This document shows, piece by piece, positions 21,601-31,518 of a DNA stretch of 64,000 nt. How positions within the stretch are numbered: the first letter of the stretch is position 1; each line of letters starts with the position of its first letter. A program made the position numbers and the translations under genes. This DNA is from a virus (Duplodnaviria; Caudoviricetes). Under the pieces are notes generated by a model, which saw only the letters and a program-made list of their open reading frames with translations, made no database searches and had not been told where the DNA came from. The stretch covers positions 69,200-133,199 of the IMG/VR virus record IMGVR_UViG_3300033463_005840; one strand, given 5' to 3'.

Positions 21601-22386
21601 AAAGAGAATTATAAGGTGGAAATTAATGATACGGTATTCACGGAATATGGTAATGCGGTTTTAAAAAGCGTAAATGACTGTTTTGCCTTAGTTCAGTTAA
21701 AAGATACGCAGATTTCGCTCCGTAAAGACAAGATATTTACGGCATTGACACAGAAGCTGAATCCGGATTTCGTAAAGATTAATGATTATATGATTAAGTT
21801 TATTAAGAATGATGAGATTGTTGATAATGAGGCCAAAGAGGATGAGTGTATAGAATTGGATGCGGCAATTGTTGATGGTTTCCCCACATTATTAACTTTT
21901 ATTCAGGATAAGGATAATGAAAAATTATCTGCCTTTGACTTTAAGTGTTTAAAGAATATCTCAATGGCTAATATAATTAACCTTAACGATGCTAACCTGA
22001 TTCTTAATACCATAAAGAGTTACGTTTCAGAAGACCGTTTTAATTATATGCGTGGAGTCTGTCTTAAATTCTTTAACGGAGAGAAAATCAAACTCCCGCA
22101 GAAAAATTCGTTTTATAATCAATTCGGGGAAACTCTTACAGTCAGTATAATAGATGGTAAATTATATTTTGTGTTTAATTCGGAGGCTAAATATGCCGGT
22201 AAGATTAAAAACAAAATGGATATTGCTTGTATGTATATAAAAACGTTTACGAATTTGCAGGATATAAGATTAGAAATTTATCGCATAAACAAATTTTTAA
22301 CTATTGTAAATATAAACTCTTTATTGGAAAAACTTTCAAGAGACTCTTTCAAAAACTTGTTTGAATTTAAGCCCTTTAAAAGTTAA
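18697..22386 (+). CDS. Large protein, possibly a degenerate SNF2-like ATPase
   Basis: 1229 aa; ADVYIIYDTPF..IYTLTYENTLE resembles an SNF2 C-lobe; no Walker A seen. Confidence 0.35.
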   Translation: MDFNPLETDINENVWKLLKDASLAIFTAFKKETDDLGVIRTYSVSDFSELSGNSVINCLLSSFEYEVEYPENMMNWKVKSVFGKKKDNVEKLFKKIFPDFILPSYTKSIQINPLKDITFVPRVDMKDYESQTLTIKDLNNIFKSRLKDEDSRLSFKFYLNKEEVAFKNTDINSGINLIENNTVIFTIKINVFLKSESDMVKFVTNSNVLCLPIYKQFIAKQLSSLQQYTDKPFNQMNNIPVYDVKAFDYTNKFIQLYEQGKIFWVPDCDLLYADYINNYNLMYNADSKTIKEGIPEGNINKVLYVDGVTKTLVYTDEQANICSFSFYGGELLGKDVPPKKPESFDNFMKIASLEFGLLNTSYENQILKIYENFSVLKINVLLKCENKYYLKLEYDRIKNVIPFYDKEPTLKLDKDLIKPPRFNLGRLPVIYNTFFTDFSKNKVLFDFDLSLRDTFFINHIYTLLANYIIKRAVILTNDTSILFEKLTTKGVNPFIIDEVTLPNLISVLKDGIIDYIKQLPKEVIILINPSIFSAENITNVKKELVGNKPAYRHLVIELLSKMDYDYFVYYQTTIINESSETVLCLKELFNVAKYRYMWSHSNFNIKLLGDGYSDFKTKEIVFYELEYENVPVKLGDNKLKFYAETLKKIAIDIINDENYHSLVEESDFNKRNWKINNYLYNRLSLPLNFINNPNDKDYVYVEQFDQEDSGLISDKVLFINQIIYAHTYGGLINNVKRNTVAGKIMIICKDHTTRQYLKEKISAYGNNDKIILEIADSFIASADYTDADVYIIYDTPFDSSYLNNIINAIQYQKLNGLYDYKKSYIYTLTYENTLETTILNDNLNYILSQGMNHNYNDLFYTDEKDFISQDISYQSIDALNALLYKKYTDSKDVIESYKEFIFNKFYATYTDADVIEVTTVVPTDDSFNPPLPDYFYPINEETFITDNGVKLDSVYTFNCLDFKGNPLYKENYKVEINDTVFTEYGNAVLKSVNDCFALVQLKDTQISLRKDKIFTALTQKLNPDFVKINDYMIKFIKNDEIVDNEAKEDECIELDAAIVDGFPTLLTFIQDKDNEKLSAFDFKCLKNISMANIINLNDANLILNTIKSYVSEDRFNYMRGVCLKFFNGEKIKLPQKNSFYNQFGETLTVSIIDGKLYFVFNSEAKYAGKIKNKMDIACMYIKTFTNLQDIRLEIYRINKFLTIVNINSLLEKLSRDSFKNLFEFKPFKS

Positions 22387-22522
22387 ACTGTTTGGCTCTG
22401 TTTAACAATAGTGTTGAATTTAATTCTCCTTAATCAAATTTTTTGTTAAAGAAAAGTGTTGATTTACTCTCATTCTTTTAATACAATAAATAATAGGAAG
22501 TCAAGAGAATGAGAGGCTTATT

Positions 22523-23563
22523 ATGGACCAAGTAACAATACTCAGACAAATGTTTAAAACCCTTTCTCCAGAAGAGCAGAAGACATTTTTAAAATCATTG
22601 AAGCAAAAATCCGATGAAACGGAAGACTTTAAATCCTTCAAAGAAACGATTTTAAAACATAGCAATCATCCGTCTTCAGACCGGATTTGCTGTCCGCATT
22701 GTCATAGTGCTAATGTAACCAAGAACGGACACAAAGACCATGTTCAAAGATTCAGATGCAAAGATTGTGGTAAAACGTTCACTTACTCTAATAACACTAT
22801 AATCTTTTCAACGAAAAAGGACATAAGCAAGTGGGAGAAGTATTGCGAGTGTCTTTTGCATAAATTTACGTTACGGAAATCCGCTGAAATCTGTGGGATA
22901 TCCCTGCCGACCGCTTTCAGTTGGAGGCATAAAATCTTAGACGCTTTACAGAATATGCAGAATGACATTACCTTATCGGGAGTTGTTGAAGCGGATGAGA
23001 CGTTTTTCTCTGTCAGTTTTAAGGGACAAAAGAAAGAAAATTTTAGCATTCCCCGTGAGAGCAGACATAGAGGACATTCCAACTCTGTGCGGGGACTTTC
23101 TTACGAACAGGTTTGCGTACCGTGTATGGTAAACCATGAAGGAATGTCCGTTGGTAAAATCTCTAACTTAGGAAAACCTAATATTATGGACTTAGGGAAA
23201 GTAATCAATAACAAGATTGAAAAAGGTTCCGTCTTTGTCACTGATTCTTTAAAGAGCTATCAAAAAGTCGCTTTTGAGAATGAGTTAACCCATGTAAGAA
23301 TACCCAGAGGCAAATATAAATCAGGAGCTTTTAACATTCAGACCATAAACAGCTATCACTCTGAATTAAAAAGACTGGTTATCGGTATCTTTAAGGGAGT
23401 TGCCACTAAGTATCTTAATAATTACATCGTTTACAATAATTTTTCTAATTTTTCCAAGAAAAATTTTTGTAATAAGTTAAATGAGCTGAAAGATTTTGTA
23501 TTCAGTACCTGCTGCAATACAAGAGGTTATTCAATAAGTTCACGAAAGGCGATACCGGTTTAA
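22523..23563 (+). CDS. IS1595-family transposase
   Basis: CPHC..CKDC zinc ribbon, HTH, EADETF, VTDS, INSYHS, GVATKYL. Confidence 0.95.
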   Translation: MDQVTILRQMFKTLSPEEQKTFLKSLKQKSDETEDFKSFKETILKHSNHPSSDRICCPHCHSANVTKNGHKDHVQRFRCKDCGKTFTYSNNTIIFSTKKDISKWEKYCECLLHKFTLRKSAEICGISLPTAFSWRHKILDALQNMQNDITLSGVVEADETFFSVSFKGQKKENFSIPRESRHRGHSNSVRGLSYEQVCVPCMVNHEGMSVGKISNLGKPNIMDLGKVINNKIEKGSVFVTDSLKSYQKVAFENELTHVRIPRGKYKSGAFNIQTINSYHSELKRLVIGIFKGVATKYLNNYIVYNNFSNFSKKNFCNKLNELKDFVFSTCCNTRGYSISSRKAIPV

Positions 23564-23576
23564 TATATATTTATAG
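23563..23576 (+). promoter_or_regulatory. Phage promoter motif inside the IS
   Basis: ATATATATTTATAG then AAGGAAAGG RBS. Confidence 0.65.
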
Positions 23577-23588
23577 AAGGAAAGGAAA

Positions 23589-23834
23589 ATGGCTATGATT
23601 ACTAGAAAACGCACAAACAAAGATGTAGACGCTCTCATAGATGAAGTTCTTGCCGAAAACAACGAAGGGAACGAAGTCGAAAGCGGAACTATGACTGCTT
23701 TGGATAGGTATATTGTTGAAACATCTGACGAAATCTATCAGGACTATTTAAACGGCAAAAATTATGTTTCGCTGGAAGAAGCTATTGCTGAAATGGAAAG
23801 AGAGACGGGAAAGAGATATCATGTCAAAATATAA
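23589..23834 (+). CDS. Putative antitoxin
   Basis: Small acidic ORF overlapping a ParE-like gene; DYLNGK.YVSLEEA C-terminus. Confidence 0.6.
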   Translation: MAMITRKRTNKDVDALIDEVLAENNEGNEVESGTMTALDRYIVETSDEIYQDYLNGKNYVSLEEAIAEMERETGKRYHVKI

Positions 23835-24240
23835 AGTTAACATCTCAAATAAAGCTAAGGCTGAAATTAAAGACCAATACAAGTATATCTGTAGCTACGC
23901 TGATACTATAGATGTAGCAGATAATTGGTATGAGCAAACTATGAATGAGATTGCTAAATTAGCTTATATTCATGGATTCTCTGAATACCCGTTTATCAAG
24001 AAATTTAAAGCTCAAAAGAAAATTTTCGGTAAGGGAAGGCATTTTCAATTTATTCTCATTTATACCGTTAATGATGAAAAGGAAGAGATACTTATTATCC
24101 ATTGCCTTAACTGTAAACAAAAGCCTGTTAAATCTAATCTGATTCTAAGCCGTCATATACAAAGACATATACCTATAAACAGGCGTATTGCTTTTATCAG
24201 ATACAACAGGCGAAAAGTGCTTTGTAGGCATGGTAATTAA
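23821..24240 (+). CDS. parE: RelE/ParE-family toxin
   Basis: YKVNISNKAKAEI..Y.YI..A..W..I..L; ILIYTV..E.ILI.H. Confidence 0.75.
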   Translation: MSKYKVNISNKAKAEIKDQYKYICSYADTIDVADNWYEQTMNEIAKLAYIHGFSEYPFIKKFKAQKKIFGKGRHFQFILIYTVNDEKEEILIIHCLNCKQKPVKSNLILSRHIQRHIPINRRIAFIRYNRRKVLCRHGN

Positions 24241-24312
24241 TGCTACTATTTCTAAAACAATAATTATTGAAAGGTGAATATTGATGTTTGATTTTGTCTA
24301 TTTTGTCCAACT

Positions 24313-24322
24313 GGGGGGGGGG
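24313..24322 (+). repeat. Poly-G (G10) tract upstream of R-M gene
   Basis: G10 in AT-rich intergenic DNA. Confidence 0.85.
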
Positions 24323-24376
24323 AATCACATAGTTTAATAGATAATGGCTGTACCGATTATACGGGAGGTACAGTTA

Positions 24377-26644
24377 ATGTCTAAAGTCTCAGAGACCGTT
24401 ACAGAAAACATTTTTAGAAATTTTTACGGTTCAAATACTTTTATTGAAAAATCAGCAATCCCTAATAAGTATGGATTTAAAAGTAAAAATCAAACAGACG
24501 CACAAGGTTATCCTGATTTTTTTATAGAAAGAAATAATTACTTAATAATTGTTGAAGCAAAAGCAGAGTTGATAAAAGATGCGGAAAATGACATCGAGTT
24601 CTATCTAAATAACAACTCTACCGAATGTAACTTGTTAGGCATAGCAATAGCTGGACAAAGTGAAAACTCGATAAAAGTGAGATATTATTTCAAACATAAA
24701 AACACAGCTAAGATTGAAAAATTACCAATTAAAGATTGCTTAAAAAAATTAGACGACATCGACATTATTATAAATAGGCTTTTATATGGCGATGATATAT
24801 CTAATAAGGATTTACAGAAGCTTTTGAGTAATTTGAATAACCAATTTCATGATTACAACATTAGAGATACTGATAGGAGTTTATTCTTTTCTTCACTTTT
24901 AATATCGCTGAAGGATGATAATTTCAGAGCTATCTATGATAAAGTTAAACCATGTATTTCAAATTCCAATCAAAATATTTCAATTCAATGTTCAAACTTA
25001 AATAAATTGATTCTGGATGCTGTTGATAAACAACTGGAAGATAAAGTAAATTCTAATTCTAAACAAATTACATGGCTATCGAGATTTAGCTTTATATCAA
25101 ATATAGATATTCCTTTAGATAGTTACATTGCAATAATAAAAAGGATTGAAAATAGCATATTCAATTTGGTCGAGAAGAAAGAGAAGCAAGACATTTTAGG
25201 AAAGGCTTACAAAATATTCTTAGCAAGAGCTGGTGCAGCAGAAAATAAGAATATTATCTTTACCCCTGACCACATAAAATCATTGATGGTACGATTAGCG
25301 AGAGTTAATCATAAATCCATTATATTAGATACTTGTACCGGTTCAGGTGGTTTCTTAATGGAAGCGATGGAGCGAATGATTTCTGACGCTAATGGCAATG
25401 ACCAAGTTATTGAAAGCATTATTAATAAACAATTAATAGGGATTGAAAATGACCCCGTATTATTTTCACTAGCTTGTTCTAATATGTTTCTGCACGGAGA
25501 TGGAAAAACCAACTTAATTTTCAGAAATAGTTTGTTAGATTTAAAGATTGCAGATGATGTAAACTTGCTAAAGTATATAAAATCATTATCTCCTACACAT
25601 GTAATTATAAACCCACCGTATGAAAACGGTAAACCAATAAAATTTACTAAACAAGCTCTTGATTATTTAAATTCTAACGGTAAGTTGATAATAATTATGC
25701 CCAGTATTACACTAATGCAGAATATAAAAAACGGCGAACCAACTGAAATTTTAAGTGAAATTCTTAGTGTTGCAAAACTTGATTATGTTATTAACTTGCC
25801 TAAAACTATTTTTAAAGAACAAAAAAGGGATGTATATCCATCCATCTTTGGATTTACTAAAACCCCTCACTGTCCTTCAGATGAAGTAATCTTTTGCAAT
25901 ATTGAAGATGATTGTTTGGTTACTATTCAACATAAAGGCAGGATTGATAAGAATAAACTATGGTATGATAAACCTGGTATGAAAAATTTAGAGTTTCAAA
26001 TTTTTGATACTGTAACTAACCATAAACAGCAAGATATTATTATCAATAATAAAATAGTAGGTAAATCATATATAAAGCATATATTTCATAACAATCATAT
26101 CAAACTATTCTACGGCATTAATGATGATAAACAAGATTTAGTCAAGTTTGGTGATATTTTTGATGTAAACGAAAAAGGCTCTTTGCAGTCTGAAAAGAAT
26201 GACCCTAACGGAGATTTTGATTTTATTACAGCATCAGAAGTATGGAAGAAACATAGTGCCTATGACCATGAGCAAGAAGCGATTATATACGCTGTTGAAG
26301 CTGAAGGTTCATTAGGCAGAGCACATTATGTCAATGGAAAATTTATTGCTAGTAATCTGTGTTTAATTCTTAGACCAAAAAATCCAAACAAATACCCGAT
26401 TGATTTAGAGTTTTATTCCTATTATTTAATGAAGATTAGAAGTCGGTTAATTATGGATTTGGCTTACGGAGCATCTAAGAGAACCATAAATCCTGCTAAT
26501 CTGGCAGAATATAGAATTAAATACTTTCCATATAATGAACAAATAAAATGCAAGAATGAGATTAAAAGCAAATTAAGTATAATCAGAATAAAAGCATTGG
26601 AACTAGAAGAACTAAAAAATACAGCTTATGATGTAATAGCTTGA
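24377..26644 (+). CDS. Type IIG-like restriction-modification fusion (nuclease, N6-MTase, TRD)
   Basis: YPDF..VEAK, LDTCTGSGGF, NPPY, C-terminal specificity half-domain; GGAGG RBS. Confidence 0.85.
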   Translation: MSKVSETVTENIFRNFYGSNTFIEKSAIPNKYGFKSKNQTDAQGYPDFFIERNNYLIIVEAKAELIKDAENDIEFYLNNNSTECNLLGIAIAGQSENSIKVRYYFKHKNTAKIEKLPIKDCLKKLDDIDIIINRLLYGDDISNKDLQKLLSNLNNQFHDYNIRDTDRSLFFSSLLISLKDDNFRAIYDKVKPCISNSNQNISIQCSNLNKLILDAVDKQLEDKVNSNSKQITWLSRFSFISNIDIPLDSYIAIIKRIENSIFNLVEKKEKQDILGKAYKIFLARAGAAENKNIIFTPDHIKSLMVRLARVNHKSIILDTCTGSGGFLMEAMERMISDANGNDQVIESIINKQLIGIENDPVLFSLACSNMFLHGDGKTNLIFRNSLLDLKIADDVNLLKYIKSLSPTHVIINPPYENGKPIKFTKQALDYLNSNGKLIIIMPSITLMQNIKNGEPTEILSEILSVAKLDYVINLPKTIFKEQKRDVYPSIFGFTKTPHCPSDEVIFCNIEDDCLVTIQHKGRIDKNKLWYDKPGMKNLEFQIFDTVTNHKQQDIIINNKIVGKSYIKHIFHNNHIKLFYGINDDKQDLVKFGDIFDVNEKGSLQSEKNDPNGDFDFITASEVWKKHSAYDHEQEAIIYAVEAEGSLGRAHYVNGKFIASNLCLILRPKNPNKYPIDLEFYSYYLMKIRSRLIMDLAYGASKRTINPANLAEYRIKYFPYNEQIKCKNEIKSKLSIIRIKALELEELKNTAYDVIA

Positions 26645-26749
26645 TTGCTACTTTTAGTCTCTCCCTGCCAATATTCCCCCTCCCTTTAAAAACTTTGCAT
26701 TGGCAGGGTCGGTTTCAATACTATTGTTAAACAGAGCGAACTGTTTTTT

Positions 26750-26781
26750 AAAATCCCTCTTGCAAAAAAGAGGGATTTTTT
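26750..26781. terminator. Bidirectional intrinsic terminator
   Basis: aaaatccctctt..aagagggatttt. Confidence 0.8.
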
Positions 26782-26818
26782 CTTTGTCTTTGATTTTTAT
26801 TTTTTGTATACTTAAAGC

Positions 26819-27361
26819 ATGACAGAAAATACAGGTACAGAAAATAAAGACGAAATCTTAGATGAAGATGTAAGAAAATGGATAGACTCTCTTAATGATG
26901 AGGTTAATATATCCAATCTTACTAATTATATCAGTAAAGGTTCAGATGCTGTCTGCAACTTCCTTTTAAAATCAGCAGCGGCAAAAATAGCTATTATGGA
27001 TGGTATAAGAAAAGCCAACGAGATTCTTAAATTTTCATTGAATACGGAAATTGAAATCAGTACAAAAGAGATAGATAAGTATATTGATGTTGTATCTGAT
27101 TTTGAGTTCTTTACACTGGCCGCTAAAAGTATGCCGGTAAATAAAGAACTGATTGACCTTCTCATTAAATTAAAGATGAATAACCTTAATCAAAGTAATG
27201 CGGATAAGTCTATTAACGGTAACGACATCTTGAATACTTTAAGAAAACACCTTGACGATATTCACTCTAAGGTTGGGGAGATGCCTGACCCGAACATCCA
27301 TACTGTCAGAATGGCAGAAAGAAAAGAGGTTAAGCCTTTTGGAGTTAAGCAGAAAAAATGA
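26819..27361 (+). CDS. Hypothetical protein
   Basis: ORF just downstream of a TATACT box. Confidence 0.55.
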   Translation: MTENTGTENKDEILDEDVRKWIDSLNDEVNISNLTNYISKGSDAVCNFLLKSAAAKIAIMDGIRKANEILKFSLNTEIEISTKEIDKYIDVVSDFEFFTLAAKSMPVNKELIDLLIKLKMNNLNQSNADKSINGNDILNTLRKHLDDIHSKVGEMPDPNIHTVRMAERKEVKPFGVKQKK

Positions 27362-29625
27362 TTTCCCTAAAAAGAATCTTATTAAATAATATTGTAGTCC
27401 ACAAAAATACCGAGTTCGTTTTTGAGCCTGGAATAACAGTTATTCGTGGACAAAACGGTTCCGGTAAAAGTATCTTATTTAACACTATTTCTAACGTTTT
27501 AAACGGTTCGATGCCCTTTTCCGTTAAGAAACGTGATTCCAAATCAGTTCACAGTAAAAATTCTAAAATTGAGATAGATTTTATTAACCAATCATCTTAT
27601 AAAGTAATTCAGCAAAATAACGATAAGACATTAACGTATGAAATTTTTAAAGACGGTGAATCTGTTGACCCTCGGACTATTTCAATTGCATCTGAGTATT
27701 TACATAAAGCGTTTCCGGTATCGCCAGAGATTTATTTTAGTTTAATTCATTTGCTTCCGTATCGTGGGAATATTATCCGTACCGGTTCAGGTTCACAGAG
27801 AAAACAGTTTTTTGAACAGCTTTTTAATCTTAAATATTCCGATGACATTCTTACAATTATTAAAAGTAAATTATCCGACTTGAAGAATATGTTAGAAAGG
27901 AAAACTATTTATGATGATGAGTTAAAAAGCTTAACGTTTACTGAAAATCTTGACTCTTTGAAAGAAACACTACTTTCAGTCAATAAAGACTTTGACGTGA
28001 TTAATACAGAATATTCAAAGAAAAGCGAACTCTTACAAAAAGTCAGCTCGATTAATACTTTAAAAGGAACGTTAGTCACTAATCAAACTCTCGAAGACTT
28101 GCTTCAATATAAAATTAAGTTTGATAATAAGTTAAAACATATTAGAGAGTTAAAAGAGGACTTGCAAACAAAGATTAAATTATACAAGGAAAATGACCTT
28201 CTTATTGACCAGTACAATTCTTTAAAAGTTACATTGGAAGATACTAAATTTAGTGTTTTGACTAAGACAACCGAAGAGTATCAAAACATTATTAATAAGA
28301 TAAATCAAATTATACCTGATAAAGAAAAGTTTTACCAAAACGCTTTAGAGAATAACGCAGCTTATGATAAAATGCGGGCTCTTGAACAGACAGTTAATCT
28401 CTTAAAGACTAAGTTTGATTCTTATGATGACGCACTACAAAAAATATCAAATGCCGTGTCGGAAACGCAAAAACAAAACGCTTTAATTACAAAGTTGATG
28501 AACGTAGCTGATTCTACTGAATGTCCGTTATGTGGCTCTCCTCTAAACAAAGATGATATTGCCAAGCTCATAGACAATGCCAGAAGAATAATTAAAGATT
28601 ATTCCGATTTGCTCCTCAATAAAGAAACCATACTTTCTTATTATAAATTAAGAGAGCAGAATATTGAGTTTATTGATGTTAAGCCTGTCTTAGATAAGTT
28701 AACGTCATTAAGAGAAAAATTAGCTCTCGCAAATGACAGACTGGCACTATCAAAAGAGAAAGAAAGACTGGAACTGCAGTTTAATTCATTGCCTAAAATT
28801 CAAGTATTAGACAAGCCGGATGAAAGCAAGCTTAAACTATATGGAGATGCCATCGAAAAAGGCGAGTCCATGATTCTTAATGTCAATAAAGACATTGATA
28901 CTTTTAACTATATTAATAAACTGGAAAACGATTTATTAGAGTATGGAAGTATTGATTGTGAAAAATTTGCTAATGATAATAAAGAGTTAGTGAATAAGTT
29001 AACAGAACTTAGCAGAATAAAAGCTGACTTGTCTTCTAAGATAACACTGGCAGAAAGTGACAACGAAAAGATTGTTTCAATAAACGAAAAGCTTGATAAA
29101 ATCGAAAAAGAGACTGTCGATTTTCCGATATATGAGGCGCTGGTTAAAGCATACGGTCCCAAAGGTATTAAAATAGACCAGATAAAATATATCGCAGAGG
29201 CTTTCTGTGCCAATCTTAATAAGTATTCATCTTTACTATTTAGTAAAAAGATAAACTTTTCTGTTAATGTTGATAACACGAATTTTAACATTTATTATGA
29301 GATTGACAATAGACAAATATCTGACGTATGCACAATGTCAGGGGCAGAATCGAGATTGTTTATGCTATTGTGTTTAATATCGCTATTACCATTCATACCT
29401 GAAAATTTAAGATGCGATACGGTTATCTTAGATGAAATCGAGTCCGGCATGTCAGATTCGACAAGAAAATTTGTTTCTGAAAACTTTTATAAAGAACTTC
29501 TTAACATTGTGCCTAAGATTATTATCGTTACGCCAATGTCTCAAAAAGAGTTCTTTGTTAATAGCGACAGGGAATATGAAATTAAGTTGAAAGATAGTGT
29601 TACACAGTTGGAGCGAGTCTTATGA
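27358..29625 (+). CDS. sbcC: SbcC/Rad50-like recombination ATPase
   Basis: GQNGSGKS, CPLCG zinc hook, MSGAE signature, ILDE. Confidence 0.9.
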   Translation: MISLKRILLNNIVVHKNTEFVFEPGITVIRGQNGSGKSILFNTISNVLNGSMPFSVKKRDSKSVHSKNSKIEIDFINQSSYKVIQQNNDKTLTYEIFKDGESVDPRTISIASEYLHKAFPVSPEIYFSLIHLLPYRGNIIRTGSGSQRKQFFEQLFNLKYSDDILTIIKSKLSDLKNMLERKTIYDDELKSLTFTENLDSLKETLLSVNKDFDVINTEYSKKSELLQKVSSINTLKGTLVTNQTLEDLLQYKIKFDNKLKHIRELKEDLQTKIKLYKENDLLIDQYNSLKVTLEDTKFSVLTKTTEEYQNIINKINQIIPDKEKFYQNALENNAAYDKMRALEQTVNLLKTKFDSYDDALQKISNAVSETQKQNALITKLMNVADSTECPLCGSPLNKDDIAKLIDNARRIIKDYSDLLLNKETILSYYKLREQNIEFIDVKPVLDKLTSLREKLALANDRLALSKEKERLELQFNSLPKIQVLDKPDESKLKLYGDAIEKGESMILNVNKDIDTFNYINKLENDLLEYGSIDCEKFANDNKELVNKLTELSRIKADLSSKITLAESDNEKIVSINEKLDKIEKETVDFPIYEALVKAYGPKGIKIDQIKYIAEAFCANLNKYSSLLFSKKINFSVNVDNTNFNIYYEIDNRQISDVCTMSGAESRLFMLLCLISLLPFIPENLRCDTVILDEIESGMSDSTRKFVSENFYKELLNIVPKIIIVTPMSQKEFFVNSDREYEIKLKDSVTQLERVL

Positions 29626-30329
29626 TTTATGGAATAGATTCAAATAAAGTAAGAGCTGATGATTTAAGAGAGTTTTTATCTAAATATAAAGTTGCTTTGC
29701 TTGGTGAGTATGAGTCTGCGGACATTCTTTTAATAAATAACGCAGGGGAGTATCAGAATCATGGCTTTAACCATAATAAAAACAAGTGTTCATATAAAGA
29801 CGTTATTTTTTATGATTATGTCGAGTCTTTAAAGAATGTGGATAACATTATATTATTATCTAAACTTTCTGATTTTAAACTGAGTGAGGAACCAACGGCA
29901 TTACGAATTAAAATAAATAAAGACTCATTTCTTGATAAAAAGATTGAGGAAAACAGCAAAGCCACTTATTATTCCGAGTATATTATGCCGTTAATAAATT
30001 CGGTTAAGTCAAGGCAAGATAATAATAAGAAAAAAGTCATCCAAGCAATTCTTAAAGATATTAAAAATGTTTTGTTGAAAAACAACGGCAATTTTTGTAT
30101 AATGATGTATGCCGATATAATTCAGAAAAAGAAAATTGACGCATTTATTGGATGGTTAAAAACAGATGAGGCAAAAGAGATAAGCATGGCATTGTTAAAT
30201 AGCAGTAATGGTAATTATGCTTCGTTTGAGTTAAAGTATTTGATATTAATGGGACAAGAAAAAGAAAAGAAAACTGAGAAAAGAGAGTTAGAGAAAGAAA
30301 TTAAGGAGAGCTTAAATGGAAATGAATGA
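29622..30329 (+). CDS. Hypothetical protein
   Basis: Coupled ORF. Confidence 0.55.
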   Translation: MIYGIDSNKVRADDLREFLSKYKVALLGEYESADILLINNAGEYQNHGFNHNKNKCSYKDVIFYDYVESLKNVDNIILLSKLSDFKLSEEPTALRIKINKDSFLDKKIEENSKATYYSEYIMPLINSVKSRQDNNKKKVIQAILKDIKNVLLKNNGNFCIMMYADIIQKKKIDAFIGWLKTDEAKEISMALLNSSNGNYASFELKYLILMGQEKEKKTEKRELEKEIKESLNGNE

Positions 30330-30684
30330 CCCCCAAAACATAATAGACGTTAAAAAACAAACGGAAGAAAAAGCTAAAGAGGCGTTACTATTAATAGATA
30401 AAATCAGCAATGATATTTCACAGAATTGCATTTACGGGCAGATATTCAGTTTGGTATGTGCCACGGCAGTTGTCTTAGGTAAAGATTTCGTTGCCGCATA
30501 TACCAGTTTTTTAAATAATTCCGTTAATGAAAAAGTTTTGACTGAAGCTTTAAAAAAGCAATATCCCGAAGAGATATTGAAACAGTTTGACATAACAAAG
30601 ATGGTTGGCTTTTACAGAACTATGGTAAACGGCCCCCTTTTGGCAGTTGAAGACATTTTGAAGAATAACGAAAAAGAGGGTTAA
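30316..30684 (+). CDS. Hypothetical protein
   Basis: Coupled ORF. Confidence 0.55.
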   Translation: MEMNDPQNIIDVKKQTEEKAKEALLLIDKISNDISQNCIYGQIFSLVCATAVVLGKDFVAAYTSFLNNSVNEKVLTEALKKQYPEEILKQFDITKMVGFYRTMVNGPLLAVEDILKNNEKEG

Positions 30685-30687
30685 AGC

Positions 30688-31518
30688 ATGATTCATGTTT
30701 TATTATATGATGTTATGCCGTATGTTTATTCGGCGTATTTCGGAGCTATCTCTTTTTTGAAATTGGAAGAAGTTACGGCTGCGGTCGAGGATAATCTCTT
30801 ACTGGTCTCTAAGCAATTATTGATAAAAAAACTTCAACAGCCGTTTCAGAATTTATCCGGCAACTTTCTTCCGGTCTACTGTTATGATGATTTTCCGAAA
30901 CGCAAGAAAGAACTTTATCCCGAATATAAAGAAAATCGTAAAAAGAAAGATGACTCCAAGAAAATGTCTTTCCGAGTCAGAAACACTCTGCTTTTATCGG
31001 TTAAAAACAGAGATGGATATCATCTAAGTTCTCCTGATGAAGAGGCCGATGATGTTATTGCCACCGCTAAAAAAATGATTGATGAAAAATTGAAAGGTCA
31101 AGATTATAGAATTTATATATTAAGTACGGATAACGACCTCTTGCAATTGACGGATGACCACACAGTTTGCGTTGACATTATGAAAGGGAGCTGGGGGATA
31201 ATTAAAGATAAAACATACCTTGCAGAAAAATATGGACTCAATAATTTCAAAAAAGTCTTGTTACATAAGATATGTTTTGGTGACACTTCGGATAATATCA
31301 AGGGAATTATAAAGCCACACACCAGAAAAGCTCCGATTATCGCAAAGATAAATGAGTGTAATAATCTTAAAGACTTCGTATTGGATAGTGGATTTGTCGC
31401 TAAAGAAAAAATACCGGAAGTCAAGAAACTGATGAATCTTATAATATTAAGAGATAATTTACCGTGTAAAATTACCTGCAATGAAGGAAACACTTATTTT
31501 AAAGGGATTTCACTATGA
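30688..31518 (+). CDS. 5'-3' exonuclease (FEN/T4 RNase H-like)
   Basis: YKENR, EADDVIA, STDNDLLQL, GDTSDNIKG. Confidence 0.9.
   Translation: MIHVLLYDVMPYVYSAYFGAISFLKLEEVTAAVEDNLLLVSKQLLIKKLQQPFQNLSGNFLPVYCYDDFPKRKKELYPEYKENRKKKDDSKKMSFRVRNTLLLSVKNRDGYHLSSPDEEADDVIATAKKMIDEKLKGQDYRIYILSTDNDLLQLTDDHTVCVDIMKGSWGIIKDKTYLAEKYGLNNFKKVLLHKICFGDTSDNIKGIIKPHTRKAPIIAKINECNNLKDFVLDSGFVAKEKIPEVKKLMNLIILRDNLPCKITCNEGNTYFKGISL

Larger units (their letters stand above)
22394..26738 (+). mobile_element. IS1595-family transporter element with cargo (4345 bp)
   Basis: 25-bp TIRs at 22394-22418 and 26714-26738 (23/25 identical); 8-bp TSD AACTGTTT at 22386-22393 and 26739-26746. Confidence 0.95.
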
